Positions 45,938-56,774 of a stretch of DNA of 64,000 nucleotides are shown here, one piece after another. The notes under the pieces were generated by a model. It had not been told where the DNA came from. It worked only from the letters and a program-made list of their open reading frames with translations, and ran no database searches. Source of the DNA: an uncultured bacterium (GTDB lineage: Bacteria; Desulfobacterota_D; UBA1144; Nemesobacterales; UBA2774); assembly GCA_963705505.1 (NCBI GenBank), contig CAVPJU010000010.1:640001-704000 (forward strand), read 5' to 3'. Numbering within the stretch: the stretch's first letter is position 1; the number at the start of each line of letters is the position of its first letter. A program made the position numbers and the translations under genes.

Positions 45938-47149
45938 TTACGGTGAAGACCATGCCCCCTTTGCCGCTTCCTTTCCGAATAAAGCGAACAGGAGGAAACC
46001 GATTACGCATACGGCTCCGGCAATTTCAAACATCAGGCTGAAGCCCCACACCTCGGCGACCACTCCGTAAATAAACACCCCGAGCATCCCTCCGAACGTA
46101 AACGCGACGCTGCATATCGAGACCGCTTTTCCCCTGTCGGCCTCCGGCGAAAGATCTATGACGAGCGCATAGATCGCGGGGTAGAAAAGGCCGTGACCCA
46201 ATCCGAAAAATACGCCCGCCAGCACCAGGCCCTCCGGGCCCGAGGCAAAACTAAGAGCGATTATGCTGAAAGAGAAAAGGAAAAGCGCCGGAATCGAAGA
46301 CCTTTTTTTGCCGAACTTGTCTGGGATCCACCCGCCGAAAATCCTCACCGCGAGTATGGCGGCTGTGTATGTTATAAAAAAAAGCTCGAAAGAACGCACC
46401 CCTATGCGTCCTGCGAAAACAGGCACGAACGTGATGACCGTAACGAAGCCTGTTCCCGCGACCAGCAGCGCGAACGCGGCACTAAAAACCCCTTTCCTGA
46501 GAAGAGCCGCCTTATAGGTGCCGCCCTTTAATCCGTCCGATAAAAGCAGCTTCGGCTCCTTTATAAAGAGCGCGGCGATAAAAGCAGAGGACCCGAATAT
46601 GAAATCGAAAATGAATAAATCGCCGAACCCGTAAGCCTCCACGATCTTTTTCCCGACAAACGGCGCAAGGGCGAAGTTTATGACGCTGAACATTCCGAAT
46701 ACGCCTATCGCCTGGCTTCTCTTTCCGGGGGAGGAAACATCCGCGATGAGAGTCCCCGCCGATACGAAACAGAGGGACAGCGCTGCCCCGTGGAGTACCC
46801 TTAAAAGCGGAAAAGCCGGGCTCAATGTGTGAAGATAGGCGAACGGGAGGGAAGTAACCGACATGAGGAGTCCTCCCGCAAGCAAAAACCACTTCTTACC
46901 CCACTTGTCGATCAGGATACCTACTGAGGGGGTTGTAAGGATCGTAGCCATCGAAGCAGAGCCCATTATGAAACCGATAGCAGACTCGCTTCCACCGAGC
47001 GACTCTATGCGCAGCGGCAACAAAATGAAGGAGTGGTAATTGAAGAAGAAAATGAAAGAAGTGAGCGTGATTAAAATGAAATCCCTGTTGAGAAGAGGCC
47101 TGTCACTCTGCCACTCCCGATCGTTCGTGTCCCTTACCGAGGTCTTCAT
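45938..47149 (-). CDS. MFS transporter
   Basis: About 12 TM helices; GILIDKWGKK and GWIPDKFGKK loop motifs. Confidence 0.9.
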   Translation of the reverse strand: MKTSVRDTNDREWQSDRPLLNRDFILITLTSFIFFFNYHSFILLPLRIESLGGSESAIGFIMGSASMATILTTPSVGILIDKWGKKWFLLAGGLLMSVTSLPFAYLHTLSPAFPLLRVLHGAALSLCFVSAGTLIADVSSPGKRSQAIGVFGMFSVINFALAPFVGKKIVEAYGFGDLFIFDFIFGSSAFIAALFIKEPKLLLSDGLKGGTYKAALLRKGVFSAAFALLVAGTGFVTVITFVPVFAGRIGVRSFELFFITYTAAILAVRIFGGWIPDKFGKKRSSIPALFLFSFSIIALSFASGPEGLVLAGVFFGLGHGLFYPAIYALVIDLSPEADRGKAVSICSVAFTFGGMLGVFIYGVVAEVWGFSLMFEIAGAVCVIGFLLFALFGKEAAKGAWSSP

Positions 47150-47275
47150 AATATTCTCCGGCCGAAGATTATCTTATACCACAAAATTAATAAGAAAAAT
47201 TCTTATTCCTCAGGTTATACTTCTACAAAGAGGGGATGAGCGAAACGATTTTAGAAGATCAAAAAGGGGAAGATT

Positions 47276-47776
47276 ATGGTTAGAAACACTTTTATTATAA
47301 TCCTGGCGGTGCTCCTGTCTATCTCCTCCTACCTGCTTTATACAAATAAAAACATATCGATTAATCTCGGCGGCACGGAATCCGACTGTGAAGCGGTTGC
47401 CCCGGGCGGGGGACAAGATGACCGGGCGTTATCGGAGCTCCCTGAGAAAGAGATTGCGGAATCCGTACAAGCGAAAAAAACTCCTGAAGAAGTGAATCGG
47501 GAAGCGGTCGAGCAGGTGGACTCGGACGAGCCCCAAATTCATCTCGACCCTACTGTCGGGATGACCATAAGCCCCGAGCAGCAGATCGTATCGAGCTACA
47601 AGATCATAGGGCCGAGAAAGTTCTCGCTTCTAACGGACAAGGATGAAACGATGGTCGAGATCGACCTCGATACGGGGCGCGTAAAAATAAATCCCAAGTA
47701 TAAAGTCGATGAAGTCACTACGCAGTTCTGGAAGTCGATCGGTCAGAAATATCCTGAAGTCTGCTCCGCCGAATAG
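47276..47776 (+). CDS. Membrane-anchored hypothetical protein
   Basis: 166-aa ORF with an N-terminal hydrophobic segment and AGGGG SD; fills the intergenic gap. Confidence 0.65.
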   Translation: MVRNTFIIILAVLLSISSYLLYTNKNISINLGGTESDCEAVAPGGGQDDRALSELPEKEIAESVQAKKTPEEVNREAVEQVDSDEPQIHLDPTVGMTISPEQQIVSSYKIIGPRKFSLLTDKDETMVEIDLDTGRVKINPKYKVDEVTTQFWKSIGQKYPEVCSAE

Positions 47777-47794
47777 CGGAATTTACGAGGAAAA

Positions 47795-49078
47795 CTAAGC
47801 CGAATAAACGATTTTGCCGTTTACGATCGTGTATAAGACGGCCCCTTTAAGCTCCCAGCCGTTAAAAGGCGTATTCTTGCTTTTCGAGCGGAATTTCTCC
47901 CTGTCGATCTTGACCCTTTTCTCAGGGTCGAATATCACGATATCAGCAGGATCGCCCGGATTAAGTGTGCCCTTTCGTATATTGACTATTGCCGATGGCA
48001 GATGAGTGAGCTTGGCGATCATCCCGCTTAACGTGAGGACGCCGTCCTCGACCAGCTTTAATGAAAGCGGAAGCGCTGTCTCGAGTCCCGCTATGCCGAA
48101 TGGAGCGAGGTCGAACTCCACCATTTTTTCATCCTCGCTGTGAGGGGCATGGTCAGTAGCTATTGCGTCTATCGTGCCGTCCCTGAGCCCTTCCCTGACC
48201 GCTTCCCTGTCGATTTCGCTTCTCAACGGCGGCTTCATTTTCGCGTTCGTATCGTATTGGGCTACGGCCCTGTCAGTAAGCGTGAAATGATGGGGAGTCG
48301 CTTCGGCGGTCACGTTCACTCCCCTAGCTTTCGCCGCCCTGATGAGCCTGACCGACCCCGCTGTCGATACGTGACATATGTGGAGATGAGTCCCTGTCAG
48401 CTCGGCGAGTGTTATATCGCGGGATACCATCACATCCTCGGACGCCGCGGGGATGCCGCTAAGCCCCAGGAGCGTCGACGTATCCCCTTCGTTCATAACT
48501 CCGTTGCCCGAGAGGTGAAGGTCCTCGGAATGCGATATCACGGGAATCCCGAATGCCTTTACATATTCCATCGCATGGCGCATGACTTTGGAATTCATCA
48601 CGGGCATGCCGTCGTCCGTTACTCCGACGCACCCTGCTTCATACATCTCCCCGATCTGGGCGAGGGTCTCCCCGTTCTCTCCCTTGGTTATGGCGCCGAG
48701 GGGGAATACGTTCACTATGCCCTCGGTCCGAGCCTTGAGCATTATGTATTCGGTCACGGATGCGTTATCGTTTATGGGGTTGGTGTTGGGCATGCAGACG
48801 ATGGAAGTGAAGCCGCCCGCCGCCGCGGATTCGCACCCCGTGCGTATAGTCTCTTTATGCTCAAAGCCTGGCTCTCTCAGATGAACGTGCAGATCGACGA
48901 GACCCGGAGAAACTATCTTGCCGCCCGCGTCGATTACTTTAATGGCGGAATCCTTTTCGAGCTTTTTAGTATCCTCGGGGTAGGACTTTATCGTGCCTTT
49001 TTCTACGAGGACATTCCCGACCTTATCGAAGTTCCTCGAGGGGTCTATTATCCTGCCCCCCTTGATCAATATGCTCAT
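47795..49078 (-). CDS. pyrC: Dihydroorotase
   Basis: [28 protein letters not shown]. Confidence 0.95.
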   Translation of the reverse strand: MSILIKGGRIIDPSRNFDKVGNVLVEKGTIKSYPEDTKKLEKDSAIKVIDAGGKIVSPGLVDLHVHLREPGFEHKETIRTGCESAAAGGFTSIVCMPNTNPINDNASVTEYIMLKARTEGIVNVFPLGAITKGENGETLAQIGEMYEAGCVGVTDDGMPVMNSKVMRHAMEYVKAFGIPVISHSEDLHLSGNGVMNEGDTSTLLGLSGIPAASEDVMVSRDITLAELTGTHLHICHVSTAGSVRLIRAAKARGVNVTAEATPHHFTLTDRAVAQYDTNAKMKPPLRSEIDREAVREGLRDGTIDAIATDHAPHSEDEKMVEFDLAPFGIAGLETALPLSLKLVEDGVLTLSGMIAKLTHLPSAIVNIRKGTLNPGDPADIVIFDPEKRVKIDREKFRSKSKNTPFNGWELKGAVLYTIVNGKIVYSA

Positions 49079-50004
49079 CCGCTGCTCCTGGCGGAGGCGA
49101 CCAGATAAAACATCGCCATCCTGACGGCTATACCGTTAGACACCTGCTCGAGAATGACCGAGCCGGGCCCGTCCGCTATATCGGAAGACAACTCGACCCC
49201 CCTGTTTATCGGCCCCGGGTGCATGACGGTAACATTTTTGTCGGCTCCTTTTAATTTTTCCCTGGTGAGCCCGTAAAACCTCGAGTATTCCCTGAGCGAG
49301 GGAAAGTACTCCGAGTCCTGCCTTTCTTTCTGAATCCGAAGCATAATCACGACATCCGCGCCCTCTACAGCTTTATCCAGGCTATAAAACGATTTCACAC
49401 CGAAGTTTTCTATATATTTCGGCACGAGCGTCGGAGGTCCGACTACCCTTACTTCGGCTCCGAGCTTCATAAACCCCCAGATATTCGACCTCGCCACCCG
49501 GCTGTGGAGTATATCGCCTACTATCACTACCCTGAGTCCTTCTATCCTTCTCTTAAGCTGCCTTATCGTGAAGAGGTCGAGGAGAGCCTGGCTCGGATGC
49601 TCGTGAGAGCCGTCCCCGGCGTTTATTATCGAAGAGTCGAGCTTCTTCGCGAGCAGCCACGGCGCGCCCGACATCGGGTGTCGTATGACGATCATGCTCG
49701 CGCCCATAGCTTCAAGGTTCCTGGCCGTATCGAGGAGACTCTCGCCCTTGACGACGCTGCTCTGTGAGGTGGTGAAATTCAGAACGTCCGCGCTCAACCT
49801 TTTCTCGGCTATCTCGAAAGACGACCTCGTCCGAGTGCTCGGCTCAAAGAAGAGATTGCAAACCGTGACGCCCCTTAAGGCAGGGACCTTCTTCACGTCC
49901 CTCTCGGAAACCTCTTTCATGGACTCCGCTGTATCGAGGATGAGTGTAATTTCCTCAGGCGTCAATTCCTCAAGCCCCAGTATGTGTTTTCGCTCAAAAG
50001 CCAT
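49075..50004 (-). CDS. pyrB: Aspartate carbamoyltransferase catalytic subunit
   Basis: [27 protein letters not shown]. Confidence 0.97.
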   Translation of the reverse strand: MAFERKHILGLEELTPEEITLILDTAESMKEVSERDVKKVPALRGVTVCNLFFEPSTRTRSSFEIAEKRLSADVLNFTTSQSSVVKGESLLDTARNLEAMGASMIVIRHPMSGAPWLLAKKLDSSIINAGDGSHEHPSQALLDLFTIRQLKRRIEGLRVVIVGDILHSRVARSNIWGFMKLGAEVRVVGPPTLVPKYIENFGVKSFYSLDKAVEGADVVIMLRIQKERQDSEYFPSLREYSRFYGLTREKLKGADKNVTVMHPGPINRGVELSSDIADGPGSVILEQVSNGIAVRMAMFYLVASARSSG

Positions 50005-50007
50005 TTT

Positions 50008-50541
50008 TTACTCTTTCACTATAATTACTTCGTCCCTGCCGTCGGCCTCCTTTAAATGGACCCTGACCTCTTCCGTGCTGAGAGTGCTGAGCTTGCTCCC
50101 CACATAATCCGCCTGTATCGGCAGCTCTCTGTGCCCCCTGTCTATGAGCGCCACAAGCTGGATGGAGGAGGGCCTTCCGTAATCCATTATCTCATCTATG
50201 GCTGCCCTTGTAGTACGCCCGGTATAGATCACATCATCCACGAGGATAACCTTCTTATCCTCGACCGGGAAAGGGATTTCCGTTTTTTTAACCTTGGGCC
50301 ATTCCGTCTTTTGTCTGAGGTCGTCTCTGTAGAGCGTTATATCGAGCGTCCCGAGAGGGGGCTTTATCCCCTCGATCTTCTCGATCTCCCCCGCGATCCT
50401 CTCGGCTATATAAACGCCCCTGGTCCTGATCCCTATGATAGCCAGATCCCCTGCGCCGTTGTTCCTTTCGAGTATCTGGTTTACTATTCTGTGGATAGTT
50501 CTGTTTATCGAGTCCGAATCCATTATTGTCTTCTGTGGCAT
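50008..50541 (-). CDS. pyrR: PyrR regulator / uracil phosphoribosyltransferase
   Basis: LDITLYRDD, LVDDVIYTGRT, DRGHRELPI. Confidence 0.95.
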   Translation of the reverse strand: MPQKTIMDSDSINRTIHRIVNQILERNNGAGDLAIIGIRTRGVYIAERIAGEIEKIEGIKPPLGTLDITLYRDDLRQKTEWPKVKKTEIPFPVEDKKVILVDDVIYTGRTTRAAIDEIMDYGRPSSIQLVALIDRGHRELPIQADYVGSKLSTLSTEEVRVHLKEADGRDEVIIVKE

Positions 50542-50552
50542 AGTTGGTCCTG

Positions 50553-50903
50553 TTAATATACGCTCTTAAGGACTCCCTCGCATTCGTATTCGAACTCGAA
50601 ATCCCGGGTGTACCTGTCGAAGAAACTCGCCGAATCGTTATAGGTGATCGTAATAACTATTTTGTCGCCCGACGGGGATATGCTTACCGTGCTCTTCTCT
50701 TTGGGAATCCCGATATCCAGAAGCATCTCGGAAATTCCCGACCGGACATAATTGAACCCGTATTTATGATAAAGGTCGGCGTTCTCATTGCATACACCCC
50801 TGATACCGAAAATTCCGCGGTAATAAATCGGGACTACCTTGAATCCGACATAGAAAATGAGCGCAAGCACCAATATCCAGAAAATAGAAGACAAGCTTTT
50901 CAT
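50553..50903 (-). CDS. DUF4845-like membrane-anchored protein
   Basis: N-terminal TM ending GFKVVPIYY; directly downstream of lepB. Confidence 0.6.
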   Translation of the reverse strand: MKSLSSIFWILVLALIFYVGFKVVPIYYRGIFGIRGVCNENADLYHKYGFNYVRSGISEMLLDIGIPKEKSTVSISPSGDKIVITITYNDSASFFDRYTRDFEFEYECEGVLKSVY

Positions 50904-50946
50904 TTTACTATCCCTCCGTTACCCCATAATAAATCCAAAAAGCCCT

Positions 50947-51882
50947 TTAATCTATACCCGAGAGTATTCTATTCCATCTGACTTTGTTCTGGATATCGGG
51001 ACTGTCGAAATCCCACGACCAGTGTATGAGGAACGCTTTGCCCGCAATATTCTCTACAGGCACGAACCCCCAGAACCTGCTGTCCTGGCTGTTATCCCTG
51101 TTATCCCCCATCACGAAAACGTAGCCTTCCGGGACCACGCTTACAGGAATGAAGCTCCCTTTATTCGTGGATTCCCTTCCCTTTCTGAAAATTGCTGTGT
51201 GTTTATAACCGAAAAGGTCTTCGCCATACTCATCGAACTGCTCCCCGTTCCTCTCATCGACATAAGAGCCGGTAAACTCGAGCGGCACCTTCTGACCGTT
51301 AATGACGAGCTGCCTCCCGTCGAGGTCTATCCTGTCCCCGGGGATGCCCACGACGCGCTTTATGTAATAGATACCGTTCTTGGAAGGGTCGTGCTCGGTA
51401 TTGGGGTACGTGAATACTATTACGTCTCCCCTTTTAATTTTCTCGATAGGAAAGATTACCTTATCTGTAAAAGGTATCTTCGTGCCGTATATGAATTTGT
51501 TGACGAGGAGGTGGTCCCCTACGAGGAGGGTCGGAATCATCGACCCCGAAGGGATTTTAAAAGGCTGGAAGACGAATGTCCTTATGAGAAGGGCAAGGGC
51601 CACGGCGAATACGAGCGCCTCGACATTCTGTCTGAGCTTCGATTTGGCGAACCTGGACAGATAGTCTCTCGAAGCCCCTTCCAGGTCACTCGTTTTTCTG
51701 ATTATGTCTTCCGTATCCCCGCCGGCGAGCGCCATTTCGAGCACGGCGATCCTCTTGTTGATAACCGCCGCGGATTCCGGGCTGATCTTTGAACTATTTT
51801 TATCTAAAAGGGTTTGCGTCTGGGAAATACTTTGTTTAGCTCTATTCCTGGCTTTTGATTCTCTTGACCATAGACCGAACAT
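50947..51882 (-). CDS. lepB: Signal peptidase I
   Basis: IPSGSMIPTL, YIKRVVG, GDNRDNSQDSRFWG. Confidence 0.95.
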   Translation of the reverse strand: MFGLWSRESKARNRAKQSISQTQTLLDKNSSKISPESAAVINKRIAVLEMALAGGDTEDIIRKTSDLEGASRDYLSRFAKSKLRQNVEALVFAVALALLIRTFVFQPFKIPSGSMIPTLLVGDHLLVNKFIYGTKIPFTDKVIFPIEKIKRGDVIVFTYPNTEHDPSKNGIYYIKRVVGIPGDRIDLDGRQLVINGQKVPLEFTGSYVDERNGEQFDEYGEDLFGYKHTAIFRKGRESTNKGSFIPVSVVPEGYVFVMGDNRDNSQDSRFWGFVPVENIAGKAFLIHWSWDFDSPDIQNKVRWNRILSGID

Positions 51883-51979
51883 AATTGACGTGTGAGTATA
51901 TATGGTGAATCGGCTTGTTTCAATATTTAAAGCTGAATGGGGTTCACACCCTGCCTACGTGCCGGATTTGCCCGTCGTT

Positions 51980-54142
51980 CTATACCCTTTCCCACTCGAG
52001 CATCCTCTCCACGGACCTTACCCCTTCCACCTGTTTTATGGACTTCATGACGCTTTCGAGCTGCTCGAGGTCCGAAACCACCACGTCAAAAGTCCCGACC
52101 GCCGTATCGAAATCGGTCGAATGTATCTCGGCCTTGGATATGTTTATGTCCGATGACGAGAACGAGCTCGTTATATTGGACAGCATCCCCGGACGGTCGG
52201 CGCACATCACGACTATTCTCGCGGGCCTCTGCGGTTTGAAATTCCTGTCCCATTCCACGTCTATGCGCCTCGCGTCGTCCACATCCAATAGCCGGGGACA
52301 GTCGCTCTTGTGAATCGTAATCCCCTTCCCTCTCGTTATATATCCGGTTATCTGTTCGCCGGGCAGCGGCGAGCAGCAGTTGGCGAACCTGATCATGACG
52401 TCGTTGTATCCGCTTATGAGCACGCCGCCTTCACTCGAGCCCGTTATGGTCTCGATGATCCTCTCCATCCTGGATTCTTTCTCCGGCGCCGAGCGTATCT
52501 TGTCCGTCGGAAGCACGCGCTTGAGGACGTCCGTAGCGGAAATCTTCCCGAACCCCACTGCGAGATAGAGCTCTTTCTCGTCCTTGAACTTTAATTCCGT
52601 AAGCGCGTCCGCGAGCTCTCCGCTCTTAAGCATCGACTGGAAGTCGAGCCCGTGCTGCTTGAATTTCCTTTCGCATATGGATTTCCCGACCGATTCGGAC
52701 TGAGTCCTTTCCTCGTTCCGGAGCCACGACCGTATCTTGGTTTTCGCGCGTGAAGTGACGACGAACTTGAGCCAGTCGCGGTTGGGCTGCCTGTCGTTCG
52801 AAGTTACAATTTCGACCGTATCGCCAGTCCTCAGCTGGTGGCTGAGCGGGACGAGCTTGCCGTTGACCATCGCCCTTGTGCACGTGTTGCCGACCTCCGA
52901 ATGCACGGCGTAGGCGAAATCGACGGGCGTCGCGCCGCTCGGGAGCTCCATGAGGTCTCCCTGAGGCGTGAACACGTATACCACGTCCGAGATGAGCTCG
53001 CCCTTGATCGCCTCCATGTATTCCGTCGGGTCTTTTATGTCCTTCCACTCGAGGAGCTGCCTCAGTGTGGAATATATCTCGTAAGTGCCGCTCCCGTCGA
53101 GCCTCCCTTCCTTATATTTCCAATGGGACGCGACACCGTACTCCGCGACCTCGTGCATCGCGCGAGTCCTGATCTGAATCTCCATTCTTTCACCGAAGGG
53201 TCCGATCACGGTCGTATGCAGGGACTGGTAACCGTTCCCCTTGGGGAGCGCTATATAATCCTTAAAACGTCCCGGCACGGGCTTCCACGCGGAGTGAACC
53301 GCACCCAGAGCTTCATAACATTCTCTAAGCGAGTTCGTAATGATCCTGAACGCGATCACGTCGTACACGCTCTCGAACTCGATGTTCTGAGACAGCATTT
53401 TTCTATAAATCCCGTATACGTGCTTGAACCTTCCCGTGACCTCCGCATTTATATCGAACTCGGCGAGCTTATTGCTGACTATGTTCTTAATCTGGTCGAC
53501 GTGATTCTTCCATTCCTTCTTTCTTTCCTCTATCGATGTCGCGAGCCTTTCGTATTCCTCGGGATTGAGAAACCGGAAGGACAGGTCCTCGAGCTCGTTC
53601 GCTACCCAATTTATGCCGAGCCTGTTGGCAAGGGGCGCGTAAATGTCGAACGTTTCCTTGGCGATGCTCTTCTGCCTGCTCTCGGGCAAATACTGGAGTG
53701 TCCGCATATTGTGGAGCCGGTCGGCAAGCTTGATCAGCACGACCCTGATGTCCTTTGCGGTGGCCAGTATAAGCTTTCTGAAACCCTCCGCCTGGCGCTC
53801 GATCTTCGTCGTATAGGGGAGCTGGCTTATTTTGGTGACCCCCTCCACGAGAAAGGCTATCTCGCTACCGAACAGGGTGTCTATCTCCTCGGTGGTGGCA
53901 AGCGTGTCCTCAACCGTATCATGCAGGAGCCCGGTAATAATCGAGGACACATCGAGCTTCATTTCGGCGAGTATTCCGCACACCTCAAGCGGGTGGCTCA
54001 GATAAGGCTCGCCAGAACTCCTCGTCTGTCCCGCGTGGACCTTTGCCGAATAGACGTACGCCTTCTTTAGGAGCTCCACGTCGGCATCCGTCAGATAAAG
54101 ATATGAATTAACACGGTCGATTATGTCGTTTAACCTGATCAT
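51980..54142 (-). CDS. Long bifunctional RelA/SpoT (p)ppGpp synthetase/hydrolase
   Basis: Intact hydrolase motif LLHDTVED, RFKDY, YQSLHT, EIQIRT, TGS, CC zinc finger and ACT domains. Confidence 0.96.
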   Translation of the reverse strand: MIRLNDIIDRVNSYLYLTDADVELLKKAYVYSAKVHAGQTRSSGEPYLSHPLEVCGILAEMKLDVSSIITGLLHDTVEDTLATTEEIDTLFGSEIAFLVEGVTKISQLPYTTKIERQAEGFRKLILATAKDIRVVLIKLADRLHNMRTLQYLPESRQKSIAKETFDIYAPLANRLGINWVANELEDLSFRFLNPEEYERLATSIEERKKEWKNHVDQIKNIVSNKLAEFDINAEVTGRFKHVYGIYRKMLSQNIEFESVYDVIAFRIITNSLRECYEALGAVHSAWKPVPGRFKDYIALPKGNGYQSLHTTVIGPFGERMEIQIRTRAMHEVAEYGVASHWKYKEGRLDGSGTYEIYSTLRQLLEWKDIKDPTEYMEAIKGELISDVVYVFTPQGDLMELPSGATPVDFAYAVHSEVGNTCTRAMVNGKLVPLSHQLRTGDTVEIVTSNDRQPNRDWLKFVVTSRAKTKIRSWLRNEERTQSESVGKSICERKFKQHGLDFQSMLKSGELADALTELKFKDEKELYLAVGFGKISATDVLKRVLPTDKIRSAPEKESRMERIIETITGSSEGGVLISGYNDVMIRFANCCSPLPGEQITGYITRGKGITIHKSDCPRLLDVDDARRIDVEWDRNFKPQRPARIVVMCADRPGMLSNITSSFSSSDINISKAEIHSTDFDTAVGTFDVVVSDLEQLESVMKSIKQVEGVRSVERMLEWERV

Positions 54143-54147
54143 CGTTC

Positions 54148-54753
54148 TTAAAATTTATAATCTTTCCTGACCCTTTTGATTACCCTGTCTTTTCTGCACC
54201 TCGCAGACTTGATTACCGAGGCCAGACACTCGACAGCTTCGTCTAATTTGTCATTGATAATAATATAATCATAGTTGTCTATGTCTTCCATCTCCTTCCT
54301 GGCATCCGACAGGCGCTTTTCGATTTCTCGTGAATTTTCGCTTTTCCTCTCGATAAGCCTCTTCCTTAAAACTTCAAAGGAAGAAGGCAATACGAAGCAG
54401 TAAACCGCGGAGCCGTACTTCTTCTTTATTTGTCTTGCTCCCTGGACGTCTATATCGAGTATGAGGTCCACGCCGGAGGTTTTCGCATTCTTTAATTCTG
54501 CCATGGGCGTACCGTACATATGGTCATGTACCTTCGCATATTCGGCGAATTCATCCTCCTCGATCATCTTTTGAAACTCGGCTTCGGAGACAAAAACATA
54601 ATCCTTCCCGTTAACTTCGCCCTTTCTCCGCTCCCTCGTCGTACAGGAAACCGAAAACCTGAGGTTGTTCAGATGGTTGAGTATTTTCTTTACCAGTGTG
54701 GTCTTTCCGCCTCCGGAAGGACCCGAAACAATGAAAATCATTCCTTCTCGCAT
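54148..54753 (-). CDS. gmk: Guanylate kinase
   Basis: SGPSGGGKTT, SCTTR, YGT, LDIDVQGA. Confidence 0.96.
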   Translation of the reverse strand: MREGMIFIVSGPSGGGKTTLVKKILNHLNNLRFSVSCTTRERRKGEVNGKDYVFVSEAEFQKMIEEDEFAEYAKVHDHMYGTPMAELKNAKTSGVDLILDIDVQGARQIKKKYGSAVYCFVLPSSFEVLRKRLIERKSENSREIEKRLSDARKEMEDIDNYDYIIINDKLDEAVECLASVIKSARCRKDRVIKRVRKDYKF

Positions 54754-54844
54754 ATTTTATTCCGTTTTACTTAAAAGTAAGAAACGTATATACAATTGTA
54801 GGTCTATTAAAGATAAATATCAAGTGATTATAGCATCTTGCCGA

Positions 54845-55930
54845 CTAATCTTTATCTCGTTTACTAAGTTCCTCAACCACCCTCTTTACCTCCTGGGACT
54901 TTTCCTTGTTAAGGACCAGGACCCCGTCCTTGGAATCGACGACCACAATATCCCTCACCCCTACGAGCGCAATTACCTTTTCATCACCGAAAACAAGGCA
55001 GCCCGATGAGTCAACAGAAACCCCTTTCCCGTGAAATATGTTGTCGTCTCCATCCTTACGAAGGAACTCGTCCAGAGTCTTCCAGCTGCCTACATCGCTC
55101 CACGGGTAATTTACCGGTACGACGACCGTATTCCGGGAGTGCTCGAGTATAAGCTTATCTATCGAGCCGGGCTCTATGCCTTTATAAAATAAGGATACGG
55201 CGGCCTTCTCGTCAGGCTTTCCCATGCTATTTGACATATTGTCAAAATATTCATACCATCCGGGAAGTATCTTTGAGAATTCTGAGATAATGGATGAAGT
55301 TTTCCATACAAATACCCCGCTGTTCCAGTAATACCCCCCCTCTTTAAGGAAACCGAGCGCCGTTTGTAGATCGGGTTTCTCCGCGAACCTCTTTACTTTG
55401 AGTGCGCGGAAACCGTCAGACGCGGCAATGACTACGTCCCCCGCCTTGATGTACCCGTAACCCGTCTCGGGCATAGTAGGGGTCACGCCGAGAGTGATAA
55501 GAGGATAATCGCCGCTTTCAAGCTTAACGCAGGCGGTATCTCCCGCAAAGCGGAGCACGTCCCTGAACGCTTCGTCATCGCCTAATGCATGGTCGGCGGG
55601 CAGAACGACTGTAACGGGGTCATGAGACAATCCCTTTATCCTGAGAGCGCCGTAAGCGATGCAGGGGGCCGTGTTTTTCCCCTCCGGCTCGAGTACGAGA
55701 TTCTCTTCAGGAAGCTCGGGTATGTGCTTGAGCGTCTCCTCCGCATAACGGCCGACAGTGACAACGAAAACATTCTCGATCGGGATCACGGGCAGAATCC
55801 TGTCCACCGTCTGCCGTATCATCGATTTTTCGCCTGTGAGAGACAGAAACTGCTTGGGCTTATTCCTGCTGCTCAGCGGCCAGAACCTTCTCCCCTCTCC
55901 CCCCGCCATTATCAGTGCGTACATTTCCAT
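54845..55930 (-). CDS. manC: Mannose-1-phosphate guanylyltransferase
   Basis: MAGGEGRRFWPLS..KPKQF, KNTAP, PADH, ETGYGYI, WNSG, WSDVGSW. Confidence 0.9.
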   Translation of the reverse strand: MEMYALIMAGGEGRRFWPLSSRNKPKQFLSLTGEKSMIRQTVDRILPVIPIENVFVVTVGRYAEETLKHIPELPEENLVLEPEGKNTAPCIAYGALRIKGLSHDPVTVVLPADHALGDDEAFRDVLRFAGDTACVKLESGDYPLITLGVTPTMPETGYGYIKAGDVVIAASDGFRALKVKRFAEKPDLQTALGFLKEGGYYWNSGVFVWKTSSIISEFSKILPGWYEYFDNMSNSMGKPDEKAAVSLFYKGIEPGSIDKLILEHSRNTVVVPVNYPWSDVGSWKTLDEFLRKDGDDNIFHGKGVSVDSSGCLVFGDEKVIALVGVRDIVVVDSKDGVLVLNKEKSQEVKRVVEELSKRDKD

Positions 55931-56045
55931 AGCTTAATAGTAATTGGAGTTACGACATTTCTCAATCTCGGCGGCGGAATAGGGGGAGAACCGATTTAAA
56001 TAATAATTACAGCAGAGCCCGAAGGGTCATATAATTAAGGTCGAT

Positions 56046-56759
56046 ATGAGGGGAGCGCTCATATTTCTGATACTCGGCTTTATATTCGGGATCACCTGCC
56101 CCGCAGGCGCCGTAAAGATCTATCAATGGACCGACGAAAACGGCGTTGTACATGCCGTGGACGACCCGGACAAGGTCCCGCCGGAGTACAGGCGATCGGC
56201 TGATGTAATCGATACGGAGAGCACAGACTTAAAAACCGATGCAACAATTCTGCTCGCAAAGGTAAAATCCTACCGTACTGCGCTCTACTCGGCCGCGGGA
56301 GTGCTCGTGCTGATATTCCTCCTGAGAAAGCTGCACGGCTTTATAAAAACGACGCACAAAAAGAGCGGCAAAGAAAAGTATATGAACGCGTATGGGCTCT
56401 CGGGTGTGGAGAGTATGGATTCGATCGAGCTCAGACGCTACGTCATGGGACTGCTTAAACATAGGGGATACACGATCGTCATCCCGGGAGAATCCATGAA
56501 TCCGGTCGTCGATTTCATAGCCGAAAAAGAAGACTCGAAATACGCCGTCCATGTGTACAATCAGAATAGCAATATCCCGCGTGTTATCGTAAACGATATC
56601 GAAAGGGAAAAAGCGCGCTTTGACTGTAACAGGTCGATGATAATAACAAGGCAATACTGCGATGATGACGCCCGGGAGCTCGGAGTGACTGCCGGCTGTG
56701 CATTAGTGGATAAGAACACACTTGCCCGCTGGATTTACGAATTTCATAAGGAATCCTAA
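56046..56759 (+). CDS. Signal peptide + DUF4124 + TM + Mrr-like restriction-endonuclease-fold domain
   Basis: IYQWTDENGVVHAVDDPDKVPPEYR (DUF4124 pattern), a TM helix, then MDSIELRRYVMGLLKHRGY...VDFIAEK...YAVH...ARELG..LVD..TL (Mrr_cat pattern). Confidence 0.7.
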   Translation: MRGALIFLILGFIFGITCPAGAVKIYQWTDENGVVHAVDDPDKVPPEYRRSADVIDTESTDLKTDATILLAKVKSYRTALYSAAGVLVLIFLLRKLHGFIKTTHKKSGKEKYMNAYGLSGVESMDSIELRRYVMGLLKHRGYTIVIPGESMNPVVDFIAEKEDSKYAVHVYNQNSNIPRVIVNDIEREKARFDCNRSMIITRQYCDDDARELGVTAGCALVDKNTLARWIYEFHKES

Positions 56760-56774
56760 AGAAGTTCTCCGCCC

